DNA of 64,000 bases from Schmidtea polychroa (lineage: Eukaryota): contig CM097886.1 of assembly GCA_044892525.1 (NCBI GenBank), positions 22,010,001 to 22,074,000 on the forward strand, given 5' to 3'. The first letter of the stretch is position 1; every line of letters starts with the position of its first letter. The position numbers and the translations under genes are program-made. Shown here piece after piece: positions 34,532-49,500 of this stretch. The notes under the pieces are model-generated. The model saw nothing but the letters and a program-made list of their open reading frames with translations. It searched no databases and was not told the DNA's origin.

Positions 34532-37500
34532 GTGAGTATCTTTATTACATTTATTATGTAATTTATTATTAATATAAATTATATATATATATATATAACT
34601 CGGATTTCGAAGTTACAAATTTGATCTACTTACAACTAAAAGTAGTAAATTAGGATTGTAATTGGATGAATCAATTATCAGCTAAAATTTGATTGGTCGA
34701 TATCTATTTCATAAATATATTTTTCATGCTTTCATTCATTAAATTGAAAAAATTGAAATTATTAACTAAATGTACAATCATGAACAAAATTGTGATTGGA
34801 TTAAGCGATCAAAATCTAATTGGAGTAATGAAAGGAATGGCTTGTCATTGACGACTGGAAATTGTTATTCTCAAGGTGAATATTGTGGAAATACTGGATT
34901 ATTGTGTCAGAACATAAATAACAATAACAATTTGTATGAGTATTCTTCGTGTGGAGATAAAAATGGGTATTTTAGCGATAATTACTGTGGGAATGATTTC
35001 GTTGGAGTTGGCAGTTATTCGACAGCATATCACCATCAACAGCCTTGTCAAGATGAGGATTGGATGATGAATTGCAGTAATTACACTTCCCAATTCAATT
35101 ATCCATTCTCAGCACAATATAATCACCAACAGCAACATCGTCATCATCAGCAACGCAACGCTTATTGTAAGGAATTTGTCCGAAATTGGTGCTTGTGTAA
35201 TATCGAGCGGGGAAATCGATTATTTTTAATTATCAACAACTCATTGATCATGGATTGGTTGTTCAATTTCTATTTTTTAGGGAGCAAGAATCAACATCCA
35301 CAGCAACAAATGCAAATGTCTGGACCAATGATGGCGAATTATCAATCGAATAATATTGCTGGTACTTCATTCAATGTCACGACAGCCGCTGCCGATCCGT
35401 TAAATGCGTTACAAAATCTAACTGTCAGTGCTGGACAATCAGCGCAATTAATGGCCCAGCAAAATATGCGTAAGTTTTATTATTTTATAAATTTTTATCG
35501 AATTTAATTTTAATCAATTGACAATTTAATTAAATATAACTTAACTTTTTAATCAATAACTAATAATTTATATTAATTATAATTAAAAATTTAAAACAAC
35601 TAATCAATATATAATTAATTAATATTTTAATTCATTTTTATATCGATTTTTCTATTTTTTGTTTAAAATTGTTATATTTAAAAATTTATTTTAAAATATT
35701 TCCCCATCATTAATTGACTATTATCATTATTATTATTATTATTATTAAATAATGAAAGAAAGAAGGCGAAATTTTGATAATTTAAATTACTAACCAAGTT
35801 TATTATATAACATTGCTATATATTTCGACTGTTTAACAGTATTCTTTAGGCTAATAATCCTATTAATAACAACTAAATGAAAATAAGAATATTCAAACAA
35901 ATTAATCAATAATCGTAATGAAATTGTATTAAACTAAAAAATATTTTTATAAAAATTTTCTTTTTTGAAAAATAAAACAATTTTAAACATAAAAATTTGT
36001 ATTTTTTTTAAAAAAATCGTGAGCATGTAAGCAAAGTCTTTCTTAGATTATATGAATAATTTATTCATATGGATATTAAATTTACGTGTGAAGACAATGT
36101 GTCTATGACGCCGTTTTTGGATCTCTTTATTCAACGGGAGGAAAAAGACTAGCAGACGGAAATATACAGAAAAGCGATTGATACTGGTCTTTATACTACT
36201 CCTGGGAGCCTTTGTGAATATAAATACAAACAAAATATGATGAGAGGATTAGTTTTCCATCCATGGTCTTTATCATCCACATTTATCAATTTAATTCTCT
36301 GGATGTGTTGCTTAATAAAAATGGATATTCTAAATCTTTTCTTGAGTGCATTACAAAAGAGACCATTGATAAATGGATGTTAAATGCTCATGATCCTTGA
36401 AAATGTTTATCTGTAGGTAATGATCCTATTGATGTTTAAGTTAATACGTTTTAAAGTTTGAAAGGTGAAAAAATTCGATCTAGACGCAATGATCAAAAAT
36501 ACCTCATTCTGAGGGATTCGGGGAGTTCAAGCATAAGATCCCTAAACATATAGATATGACTATATTTATGATTGTTTTGACGTCTTGCAAGGTTGGTAGA
36601 ATGTTCACTAATAAATTTCCAACTCCAGTTAGACTGTGTTCAGAGCTCGTGTATTAATTTTCATGTAATGGGTGTAATGCAAAATACATTGGAGAGATTG
36701 CCCGTCATCTCTGCACTCGAGTTCCGGAGCATTACCAATGGATTGGACTGACCCACATTAGTGATGATTTTAGAAAGTATACCAGTAAAAAATAAGTGTT
36801 TCTGATTTTAATATTTTGGCGAAAACTTTGAGTAATTATTGGGAACGAATAACGTGCGAGGCGTTGCTAATTAGAAATTTAATTCCTATATTTAATATTC
36901 AAAGTGCCAAGTCTATAGGGATTTTGAATGTATTTAAATAATTTGACGTTGTATATTTATTATTTGGGATGATGTTAATGTTTGTAAATTTTTTTTGTAT
37001 GAAAACAATTTCTGAATTTTAAATCTAAATTGAACTTGATTTTTTATATTAATTTTTGAGAATTTAATTTTGAGAATGATAACAATTTTGTGTTTTTTTT
37101 AGAAAATAATAATTTTATATGATTAAAAATATGTTTATATTTTCAAAAAAAGGAAAATTTTCATTTAAATATTTTTTAGTTTAATCCAATATGATTACGA
37201 TTATTATTGATTAATTTGTTTGAATATTCTTCTTTTCATTTAGTTGTTATAATTACGATTCCGAGCCCAAAGAAGACTGTTAAACGGTCGAAATATATAG
37301 AAATGTTATATAATATNNNNNNNNNNNNNNNNNNNNNNNNNNNNNNNNNNNNNNNNNNNNNNNNNNNNNNNNNNNNNNNNNNNNNNNNNNNNNNNNNNNN
37401 NNNNNNNNNNNNNNNNNNNNNNNNNNNNNNNNNNNNNNNNNNNNNNNNNNNNNNNNNNNNNNNNNNNNNNNNNNNNNNNNNNNNNNNNNNNNNNNNNNNN

Positions 37501-40500
37501 NNNNNNNNNNNNNNNNNNNNNNNNNNNNNNNNNNNNNNNNNNNNNNNNNNNNNNNNNNNNNNNNNNNNNNNNNNNNNTAAAATCAGTTAAATTCAAAAGT
37601 TTTAATGACGCTTTTTCTCATTAATTATCGAAATCTGATCCACTCTGACCTACTTTTTAGATTTCCTCAGTCTGCATTGCTAAATTTCTGCCTTATATAT
37701 TATTACCATCTTATTTAATAATAATGTTTCTGATGTCGGTCTCAAACATGATGATTTTTCCCTGTCAAATGTTTTTTTAAAATTGCATTCAAAGGAAATA
37801 TTATGAAAATGCGGTAGATCATTTATATTTTGATAGATATCAATTCTAATTAAATCGTTTTTTAATATTTCTTAGAATTATCCTGATATTTTATACGCTA
37901 TTATTAATGTGGAATTGTTATCTTGGAACCACTTGCTTCTCTGTATTAAATGAACAAGACTAGATAAAGAGTCTTATTTTGATCTTTTACAACCGGTCAT
38001 TTACTTAAATTCAACAAGGAACCATTTTGGCTAGATAAGTAGATTTTTAATTCTAACAGAAGATTCAATAATCTCAAAATTAAAATTTTACACAAAGTTT
38101 AAACTGTTTTAATCAATCCATTTTACGAATTACAAGATTCAGTTATTTTATATATAAAATAAGTAAAATTTTCAAATAGACATTATCTACAATGTCTACG
38201 ATGTCTTTTCGTTTTATTGCTCTTTCTACAATTTTTGCTTATTTTTTATTGAAATAATTTTTAACCCTAATCTTTTCTTCGACCACAAATGAGAAATCTT
38301 AATAAAATCAACCTTTCTTATATGGTACAGGATCTGGCTAATCATTGTTATTTAATCACTTTTTTCAAGTTCCTTTCAATTAACTTTGAAATTATAACCC
38401 ACTTACAAAATATGAAATATTTTTTCCTTTCGAGTTGATTGATAAGGTAAACAATTTTTTAATCGACGTGTATCCGATCAATTTTAAAATATATGCACTT
38501 TTTTTAATTGTCACCTGTTTCCACTTTTTCCCCTAAGTGTGTCAATTTAACCCTTGCTATTTAATTAATTTGTACAATCTTTTGATGTATAAGTGACTCG
38601 TTTCGTATTAAGTTTTAATTTGGAACAACATCCTGAAAAAGTTATTTCCGCTCAGAAATATACTTTTGCCTTCTAAATTTACTTTTCTTTTTCAAAATTT
38701 AGTTACAGAAATCGTTATTGTTAAAAAATAGGAGCACTTAGCTTATTTTATCAAATCAGTATAGTTCAATTTTTTCTCATTTGTAACGAAAATGTTCAAA
38801 AAATAACACTTAAAAAAGTAGTGTCAAAAATTTGTGTTAACTAGAAAAAATTGATGAAAATAAATGAAATGTTAATAGAAAATAAAATCAAATCAAAGAT
38901 GAACAAGAAATAAAAGATTTTACTAATATTTTATCGAATTAAAATCAAAATTCTATATAAATCCACACATAGACAAATTATGTTAATTACAAATTACATT
39001 ATTACATTATTTACGGACTAAGCCAATTTGATCCATTTAAAATTCCATTGCTACATATATTTATTACTTATTTTTTATTTTTTGAATACATGTTGGTTTT
39101 TAGATGCGTCATGAAATATAGGTAAATATTAATTACTCTCCTCTACCGACTCCCTCATTTCACATATCGAATTAAGTATACCTATTTTTACCCGTAAATC
39201 TAGTATTAAAACAATAAGTCACATAATATTAAATTAAGTCATAAATAAAAGTCAAATTCAAGAATATCAAAATTAAAGAATCCTAATCCTTATTTTAACA
39301 CGTTGACTGCTATATTGACAAATTCTGATATGTTTGCTACGACTTATCTCGTGGTTGGCAGTCAACGTGCTAATATCGCATTTAAATTTAAGAATTTATC
39401 AACTAAAATTCATATCTTAATAAATCCTAAGCGATACATGAAATTTTTGAAAAAATAAATTCTGAAGGCCACTAACCAAGAACAAAGTCAGCAGGCAGTT
39501 TGCGATTCCTGGTCTATAAGGATTTTATGAGAAAGTAGAGGAGCGTGAAAAGATTTTGAAAAGTTTAAGATTACTTTTTTCTCCAAAAATGGCATTAACC
39601 ATGTTTTATGCGTAGTGCACAAATAACACTTATTCATAAAAAAATCAGTTACTAATAAGATAACAAAAAAATGGAAAACGGATTTCTAAGGATGGGAAAT
39701 AATTCCATATCTCCACACTAAGAAACAATTAATCAAGGTGCTCAATTATTAACCAGAAATAATAATCACGACAATTCATTGTTGATATCTTCATGATTCT
39801 GTATTGAATGTGCACTTCGACACGGAGAAAATATTGTGAAATTCGATTGAATCGTTTCGCATTATTTCGTTACCAATGGCAGATTTTTATATGTTGACAG
39901 GGTGCTCATTTCGATATCTCCAGAAGACTTGACTAAACAGAATCAGTGTATGGCATAAAAGGAGTTCAAAGTTAGAGCGAAACATTGCCGATGTATTGAC
40001 TACCATTTAAACTTAACTGCATGGGGCCTCATCAGTCGGACAATTCAAATATAATTTTCGTGTTTATATAGAAAAAATACCTGTTCATTAAAACAAGTAA
40101 CGCTTACTATTCAGCTGTTAGGAATCAAAAGCGGGTAAATGGATATTAATCACCTACAGGCAATACATTTATTCTATGCATTTATTTGGAATCTCTAATC
40201 AATCCGACAGGCGTCTATGTTGTGCCATTAACGCTATTTCCATCAAGTTTACAGTTGGTATATATTTGCTAAATTTAATTGAAATGTGTTGTAAATTGCG
40301 ACGACGATGACGATTCTGATAATATTGATGATGATTGTGTTCATTGAAATTCCGTCATGAATGCCAATTCGTTCTACGTTTAAGAACGATTACCAGCTCG
40401 ATGTGAATGCGTATTTGTACTTGAAAGGCGAGTTTGTGAACCTCATAAACAGATGCATTCACACATCATCATTGTCGATCGCGTGGGTGTCTGTGGATCT

Positions 40501-43500
40501 TTTCTCTGTTTTATTGTTTTTTTATTTCAATTCATATTTTCTGGACCGTTGCCGATATTTAGGCAGTCGTATGAGTTCATTTATTCCTCAAATCGTTGTT
40601 CAAATGAATTTGCATTTTTGATTACAAAATGAATAACGGTAATTTGGATTGAGATTTTTTAAATGATTTCATTTAAAAAGAAACCTGAAAAAGAAAATCT
40701 CCAGTCAATTAAATAATTATTATTAATTCAACCTAATCTATTTATTTATGATATAATTGGAAAGTAAATTGTTATTTTTACAGAGGATTCATTTCATTTC
40801 TCAAAATATACTCCTTTCTTTTTATAATTGAAAACTAAAAACTGTGCAAAATATGAAAGCGGTTTAAACTAGACTTTTGCATATTTATACTCTGTTACAT
40901 CTGCCAAGTTATATCTCTAATTTTAAATATGAAGACATTTTTTGCAAATCTGAATAAGGGAAATTTATAGAAGTTGATGATAATCTTCTAGGTTTATTCT
41001 TTGAGTTATTCTTTGTTTCTCTATTCTACCCAATACTTGTGAATATCCAAGTTTATTGTCTTATTTTGATACTTTAATCTTCTTCTTTGCAACCTTTTTA
41101 ATAACAACATATTTATTGAATCTCTTTATTTATGTCATTTACGCTAATTATATACATTAAATTTTTCATCGTCTTCATTTTCCTTATATTTGCTTAATTA
41201 ATAGTGTTTCATTTGTTATCTAATTTTTCTTTCGTAAGAGACAACAGTAACATTTTGTCATTAAGTCTCCCACAGATTTTTTTATTAATTTTTCAGTAGT
41301 ATGTTGTAAATCCGTAAAACTAAAAGAAAAATTCCCACTAGTGAAATTTATAAGAAATTGTAAAAGACAAACACATTTTCTAGTAAATTTTTAATAGAGA
41401 TTTATAGAAGTTGTTGAGGATCAAATCAGTTATAAATCTTTGAAATCTGCCAAGAAGATTTTTATGAATTCAAAAAAGAAAAGTGTATGGGGGAGCTAAA
41501 AATTCTCTTTGAGATATCTCCCCTCTCGCTGGAGTATGGTTTAGGAGGTGGGTGGGACTGTCCATTTGGTGTTATCGGCTCACAATATACTACTTTTGTC
41601 ATCTTTGATCTGTTCTATTTTTTGATATTTCATTTATTTTCATTATGACAAATTATCAAAAATTAATTTTTGATCTATTGTTCTAATGAAAATAAATGAA
41701 ATATCAAATAATAATAGTAATAATTTTAAAATTCTGAGAAATTGAAAAATATTTATCCAGTTGATTTAAAGTTTTGAAATGTTAAAAAAAAAATCCTGGG
41801 CATGTTGAGAGTGAAAATCAGGAAAAATAGAATAAAACCGCTTAATAATTTTTGAATGAAAACTACACAAAAAAGTTCTTTATTCTAATTAAAAAAAATA
41901 ATTTTCCTTTCACAAAATAGTTTTATCATTAATTTGTGAATTTTTAATAAATCACAAAAAATAATGTTTAAATTTGTTATTTAATTCAAAATTTGTCAAT
42001 TAAATATATTAATCAATTAATTGAAACGAATAATTAGTATTCAATTAAATATTGAATAATTGATGAGGTTTAATCGAGATGTTTAAAAAATGTGAGTTAA
42101 CCATTGGTTGAAAATAGTGATTTATAATTGTATATCATTTTGAGACCTGGATTTAACTGAATGAATATTAAAAAAAACAGAATGGAAGTCAATGTATGAA
42201 ATGAACAATATTACCACATAAAGCCAATCTACAAAAGGTCACACTGATTTGTATAGTATGGCGGTATTTACGCTAATTTAGAATTTATATTTACAACCTT
42301 ATAATATTGACAGTGGGTTTTGAATTTCTTGGTGGAATTAACAACTGCCCAACGATATATTACAGGTTTACTCTTAACTATTTTATATTTACATATATTT
42401 CCTTAATAAATAATCTTGATGTCACTAAATGTAAATTACAATATAAACTATGAAATGATTTGTTTTTCAAAACTGTATAAAAATATATATCAATTTTCTC
42501 TACTTTTTTCTTTTGAGCGGTTATTCGATTTGGAAAATGAGCTGCTCATTTACAGATGAAGTTTTTCATACACTATTTATAGAAACTACATAAATGCCTG
42601 GTACGATTTAACAGGTACAACATAAAAATGTAGATTGAATTATGTAAATCCCATAAGAACCAAAATTGCAGTCTTATAAGCAATTGCAATTTTTTTGCTC
42701 TGATACTAATACTACCACTTGAAGGGTTAATAAAAAACAAGGTTGACTACTGGTTGTAATTGATGTGGGTAAATTGGTTAAAGTTACTATTTTATGTTAT
42801 ATTATATTTTTGTTATTTTTCCCTTTCACATTAGATTTGTTTTACCTGTTTGTATCTGATATCCTATGAATTTTTATATAATTGTTGGGAGTATTTTTTT
42901 GCTAACTTAATTAATTATTTAAATTTTACTTTACTATTTACTTTATATTATTATTTGATTTTTTATTTCCGTAATTACTTTATTTAAACCAAGTCACAAT
43001 ATGACTTGATAATATTATCAATTATTAAAACACAAAATTGAATTTTTCAAGTTTTTTGATTTTTGAATTAAGATATTTTTTATTTTAGATATTTTTTGTA
43101 ACTTTTTATGCATCGAAAATCTTTTTAGTCTTCTTGATATCAGTAAATGTTGTAAATACTCAGAAAATTATAGGCATTCATGAAAAATTCTTAATTGTTA
43201 TTATGTAAAACGTGAAGTAATGATGTATTGTAGAATGGTGACATATTTTATTAAGCATTTCTGTCACATAATTATCCTATGTATCTAATGTTTTTAATAA
43301 ATAACAAACATTTTGTTATCTAAATTTCAAAAATTATAGCTTTATTTTCTAAAGAGAGATTCTTAATTCTTAGGAACTACTTCATTGAGTACATTTATCA
43401 TGTATGTTAATATACTTTTTAATATACTTAATATACTTTTAACAGTGTCTAATAATAACATTAAAATATTCAGCGATGATTAATTGTTTTGAAATCAGTA

Positions 43501-46500
43501 GCCATAATAATACAGATTTTAAATAATTTATAAGATTCTTGAAACTCTCTAACGCTTGTGACCTTTTACTTTATAATTGAATTAAACAAGGACCGTATCA
43601 TGTATTTCGTAATGATAGTATTGATAACCAAAAGTTAAATCATTAACCAAATTTTATTTATTCCAATAATAACCTCGGTAATATTATTTAAACAAAATCT
43701 CCGAAGGAAATTCTTTAAAAGTATATAAATAAACAGCATCAATGAACTAGTAGGTAGATGTGAGCCCCTTACATCACCATTAGTTACCGCGCACTGGTTA
43801 GCAACAGAGGCCTCCCTACCCCTACCTCTCATTTTTTTCAAGGTCACGTCGCGATTATTGATTTTAAGTGCAAAATTTTCAAAATAGAAATTCAAATATT
43901 TATTGATTTAAATGTGTAATTATTGATAAAAGTGCAAATATTGATTTAAAAGTGGATTTTTACTTTTTTGTTTTATCTCACTGTAACGCGGGAGTTTGAG
44001 ATTTTCAAAATATTATTTCGACTAAAATATAGACTCTATTATAGAGGATGATGTCACCTACATTTTTGTATCTCTTCAAGATTTTTCTGGCGAAAAATTA
44101 ATATTTTTCAAAGAGAGAAACTTGACTAGAAAAAGATTATTTTAGATATTTGGAAATTTTCATACAATCTTTAATTAAATTGTTGATAATATCAATTAAT
44201 TTAATTAATAACTTTAATTAATTAACTTAATCGCATTCTCACAGATCGTAATGCAAACATAATGCAACTAATATTAATGGGTTAAATAATTTAATTTAAA
44301 AATTTTATTACAATAAAAAAATTGGTCACTATTTATCAAAACAAATCAATAAAAATCTAATATATTAATTTCTAAATTATTATATCGTGTTAATTGTTGC
44401 CAATAAATAATTAGAAATTCGAATTTATGTTCCAATTACCTGTGTTTTGTTTAAACAAAAAAATATATTAAAATATAAGGGAAAAATCGATTCAATATAA
44501 AGTGTAATAAAATTTCATTTAAACAATTAAATTAGAAATTCACCAATAATTGTGATTTTGTGAATATTGTAATTTGGGGAAAATTAAAACAAAATCGATC
44601 AATTAAACAATCAATCGAATTTCCAACTGAAATCGATTTATTCATTAATTGATTATCGATTTATTTTACCACAAAAATGAAGAGAAAAAAAATTAATGAA
44701 AAGATAATGAGATTTGTTTTTATGTCGCGTATAAAAAATAATTACAGTAAAACAAATCACATGTAGGAATCGGAATTTAATCAACAATGTTGAATATATT
44801 GATTAATATGGGTTCTACGCAGGCGGCAATGCAGACACAACCTAACAATGCCGTCGTCGTACATGTAAATTTACTGTCACCGTATAATAATAATAATAAT
44901 AATAATTATTATTATTATTATTATTATTATTTTATACACTACACCATTCAGAACTTTGATAGTAATAGTAATAATTATAATCATATTTATTATCATATAT
45001 ACTTACTATCGACTTATTACAGAAGTGCTGATTAAATTCAGATAATAAACAACCAATACTAGACGTTGATTGGATGGAAAAGAAATTTGATAGTGATAAT
45101 TTGATTAGACACTACCAATCATGTTTAAAGATATCACGCATGACACTTTCTATGTGGGATAGTTATATGTGAAACCGATTTACTTGTTAATTCTTTATCA
45201 ATAAATTCATATTATCGTTCACAATCTAGTTTCATACAATCACAATGGTGCGATTGCTCTTTGAATGAAAGGTTAATGGTCTCGGAATATTGGAATTACG
45301 AGAATATTAATTTCGATCCATGTGATTTGTTTATATTGAATGTGATGGTGCACAGAATACGACAGATAGGTCCATCATTTGTTTTTTTCAATGAATTTCT
45401 CACAACATTTATTGACAAATAATCAGGCCCGGATCAGCATCAATCAAATTGTGCTTCCAATTTTTTTTTGAATTTAAAATTCATTGGTTTCTTTATTGAT
45501 AATTCACAAGTTTATCAATCATTGTTATCAATTTTTCTATAAATTTTCTTCATTATACACTTGTTCTAATATTTTTCTGTAAACCGTTCAAGGCCTGACT
45601 AGGCTGCCTTTGATCAATTGTGTTTTAGATTTACATAGATAATTCCATTACCTGTACCAGTGCTGGACTGGCCCACTAGGATACCGGGAATATCCCGGTG
45701 GGCCTCCCGGCCTAATATCCCCTTAGGTCTACTGGCCCACAAATATAGTCAAGTTCTTTATTTTTTTAAATGAAATGAAATTAAATTTTTACAATTGTTA
45801 CTTCTTTCTATTTCTATTTAATTCAATGGTTGATTAACGAGACAACAAAATAAACATGCAGATGACGCATGTAGAATCGTAAGAAGCGTTGAATCGTAAA
45901 TGAGAAGTTCTGTCGTTCGTCGCAGCACCATATAATACATAAGTCTCACTCAAAAAATTCTCTATTGACCTTGAACCTGGCGTGTGTATGTGTTTTCGTA
46001 TTATGTGGCAGCGCTGGTTATATGGCAGTTATGGTATCACAGCTCATTCAGGTTTCAACGGTAGAATGGAGATATATTATTGTAAATCGTTTACCCTTGA
46101 ACCCTTCTGAGTTCTCAGACTAGGAAAACATATTTTATAATCTGATTAGGTGCTATTAAACTATTTTTAAGGTTTGTACATATTCGTTTTTTTACTTGTT
46201 TCAGTGGCCGACCCTCGATTTATAGGCCACTACACGCTCAAGTATTAATTGGATTTAATTTTCGCGAACTAAAATCATTAATATTTCAAATCATTGTGAT
46301 TTAGATTAGTAACAGTAAATTTTGCATTGGCTGCAAACGAAGAACTAGACAAGAGAGAAATAAAAATTCAAATTGAAACAATGTTATGTCAAAGTGTTCT
46401 ATTTTGTAAATAAACGAAAAAAAAGTGCATTTTTTTGTCTACTTGGTAAAAAAATATTTTTGCCCCCCCCCTTGGAAAAATTCCTGCAGATGCCCATGTG

Positions 46501-49500
46501 TCAAACAAATAAAAGAAATAGAACGGATAATTCTAAAGATAGATTTCGTATAAGTGTATATAATGTTATAATGGATGCAGTTACCAGTAACATGAATGAA
46601 CGATTTTTAAAAAATGATCCTCTTTATGATATATTCTATTTAGATCCAAATAATTTGTCACAAATTTCAAGTATTATTAATATACCTAGTCACATTTTTC
46701 AACCTTTAACCAATTTAATAAATCAAAAATTAAATTAAAATTTTACGAAGGAAATTTTGAAAGCTGAACTAATATATTTTCAAAAAAAGTGGAAAATTTT
46801 TAATGGTACTTTAGCAGAAGATAGAAGTGAATTGTTTTGTGATGATGAAGAGATTAATACAGTAAGATCATGCAAATTATGCAGAAATTGTATTGTATCC
46901 TGATATACAGTTTTGCAAAAATTTCATCTGGATACACTAGCATACTCAAATTTATTTTTAGCGTACACATTTGTTATTACTTTATCAACACAAGTATCTT
47001 GTGAGAGATCTTTTTCAAAGTTTAAATATATTTTAAATCGACTCAGAAATTGTTTAAGTCAAAAACATTAGGAAGCTTTTATGCTCATGGCGTGTGAAAA
47101 AGATATTCTAAATAACATTGACAATATTAGAGTAATTGATATAATGAGAGAAAAAAAGTGAAATATTAAAAAAACTTGTTTAATTAATAATATTTATTTA
47201 ATTATTTTTAATTACTTAATTTTGATTTTCGTTGCAATTATTAAAAACTCTTTTATTATTATAATGAATATTTTTATAAATTACTAATATACTTTTTTGA
47301 AATCTTTTTTTCTTAAATTTAATATTGTGCACCTACGTCAACTATATTTTCCGGTCCTAAATGTGTTTCCAATCCAGGCCTGACCTGTAATGTTAAATGT
47401 TCTATAATGGAGCGATTCTATGTAGAATTTTAGAGAGTATCGAGTTAATCATTATGAAAACTTGATAGTTGATAAACCTATGTCTGAATGGTTTAGTTTA
47501 AAAATAAAGTAGTCTTGGACATTGATGCAAAAAGTTTTCATTTTTAAAAATATAAATAATTAATAATAATAAATTTAATGAATATATCCCCAGTACAACA
47601 AAAGGAAAACATTTTCCCAATGAAAACTCACAGACATCAAAGAAAAATGCTTCCGTAAAAATATACATAGAAAGTTCACTCAAGAACTTGCATCAATGAG
47701 TTAAAGAACATCTGGAAAATTCTTAGTATACAAACATTAACAATGTCAATCAAGGAGGAAGTAAAAATATTTCAATTAAAATCTTAGTTAGTGACAATAT
47801 TTAAATAAATGTCTGATTTAAAGAGGCAATTCTTATCATAAATAAATATCCAACAATTTACACTAAAGAAAAATCAGGGAAATCGCCAGTCTGATCTGTT
47901 GTTGACTTAGATGTAAAATTTTTGGGATTTTAAAGATACTTTTTGTTTTAAGGTTTCATTTTTAAAAATATAAATAATTAATAATAATAAATTTAAGTAA
48001 ATAAAAAGTTTAAGAACTTTGTAAAATTAAAATATATTTGTATTAATGTTTTGAATTATATTTAAAAGTTATTAGTTTTTATTTTTATTAAAAAGAGAAA
48101 ACTTTCTGATAAACCTTCAGTAAGTTTAAATTTTAAATTTGACTTAATTTTGAGTTTAAAATTTTTTTAATCAAAATTTTAAACCAATGAAAAGGCGGGA
48201 GATGAATTTCAAGAAAAATCAAAAATCACTTTAAAAAATTGAAACAGTAAAATCCTGAGAAATGAAAAAGGATTATCTAATAATCTAAATATTTTTTCAT
48301 TAATACTCTTCAGCAAAAGTCATTTACTTGTTTAACATTTAATTTATTCTTTTACCAAGAAACCATCACTTTATAATAATAATGATAATAATAATAATAA
48401 TATTAATAATAGATTATCACGGGATTTATTTATTAATTATTGATTAATTCATTAAATTTCTGAATGAAATCAATAAAAAAACTCAAAAAAAACTTTTATA
48501 TCGATTAAATTTTTTGTGATAAGAAATTTTCCAATGGTTTTTATATTGCGTCAGTGAGTGGTTGAGGATTGCTGTTGAATTTCTCCCGTTGCAAATAAGC
48601 ACTTGGGCAAATTAGATTGAAATTGAAAATCGAAAATCTATGATATTAATAATTTTTTTTATGATTAATTTTATTATTATTCGAGAAATTTTTATTTCAA
48701 ATTTGTAAAATAAATGTTCATCTGAAATAGATTAAATGATTTTTGATTGTTTTTTATATATATTTTTTTCTTTTTATTGATGTTCGCAAAGTTTTTCACC
48801 AACTTGTCAATGTTATAAATGTTATCGATTTTCTGTTAATTTAATTTCAGGACTCAGCTCGACAGCGTTCAACAATCAAATCCGCCAGAGAACTCTAGTC
48901 CAAGGTTCCATTAACCGGGTAAATATTTGTTCTTTATTCCTATTGGCTGATCGGTTATTGTTAAATATAACTTTACATTTATTTGTTTATTCTACAGCAG
49001 GAGATTTATGTTTGTTTTGCATTGTTTTTTTGTTTTTTCAGTTAAAAAATGTGCAGGTTTTTCGGAAATTCTAAAAGTTAATTTTTCACTGAACTTTCTT
49101 ACTTAATTTATATTCATTTTATTTTGTGATTTACCTATTGCCATTAATAATGTCGCCGTGAATATCGGTTGTGAAAATATATTATTATATTTATCATCAT
49201 AATCAATTATTAGTTAACATTTGATCCCAAGTGCATATTAAATAATTTCCAAATGCTACCTATTTTTTTAAAACTGTGTTTCCTAAAAGGGGTTGGCATC
49301 GTGTTTGGATTATAATGAGAGGATATTGTGATAACTGAAATAATTGGTTGTTTCGTAATGCTTTTAGCGATTCTATATAAATTTTATTTTTTTATGATAT
49401 AAAATGAGTAGCAATGTTGACATTTGTTTCATTATATTAATTTCTTGTAGTTTATTTGTTTAGATAATTTATGTATCTGAAATGATTATTTAAAATAAAG

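Noticed and set aside
22485-37596. ORFs containing long X runs (22485-23051, 24272-24661, 26909-27136, 37207-37596; also 4749-5396)
   Set aside because: Artefacts of reading through N gaps; only the mucin-coding flanks are real.
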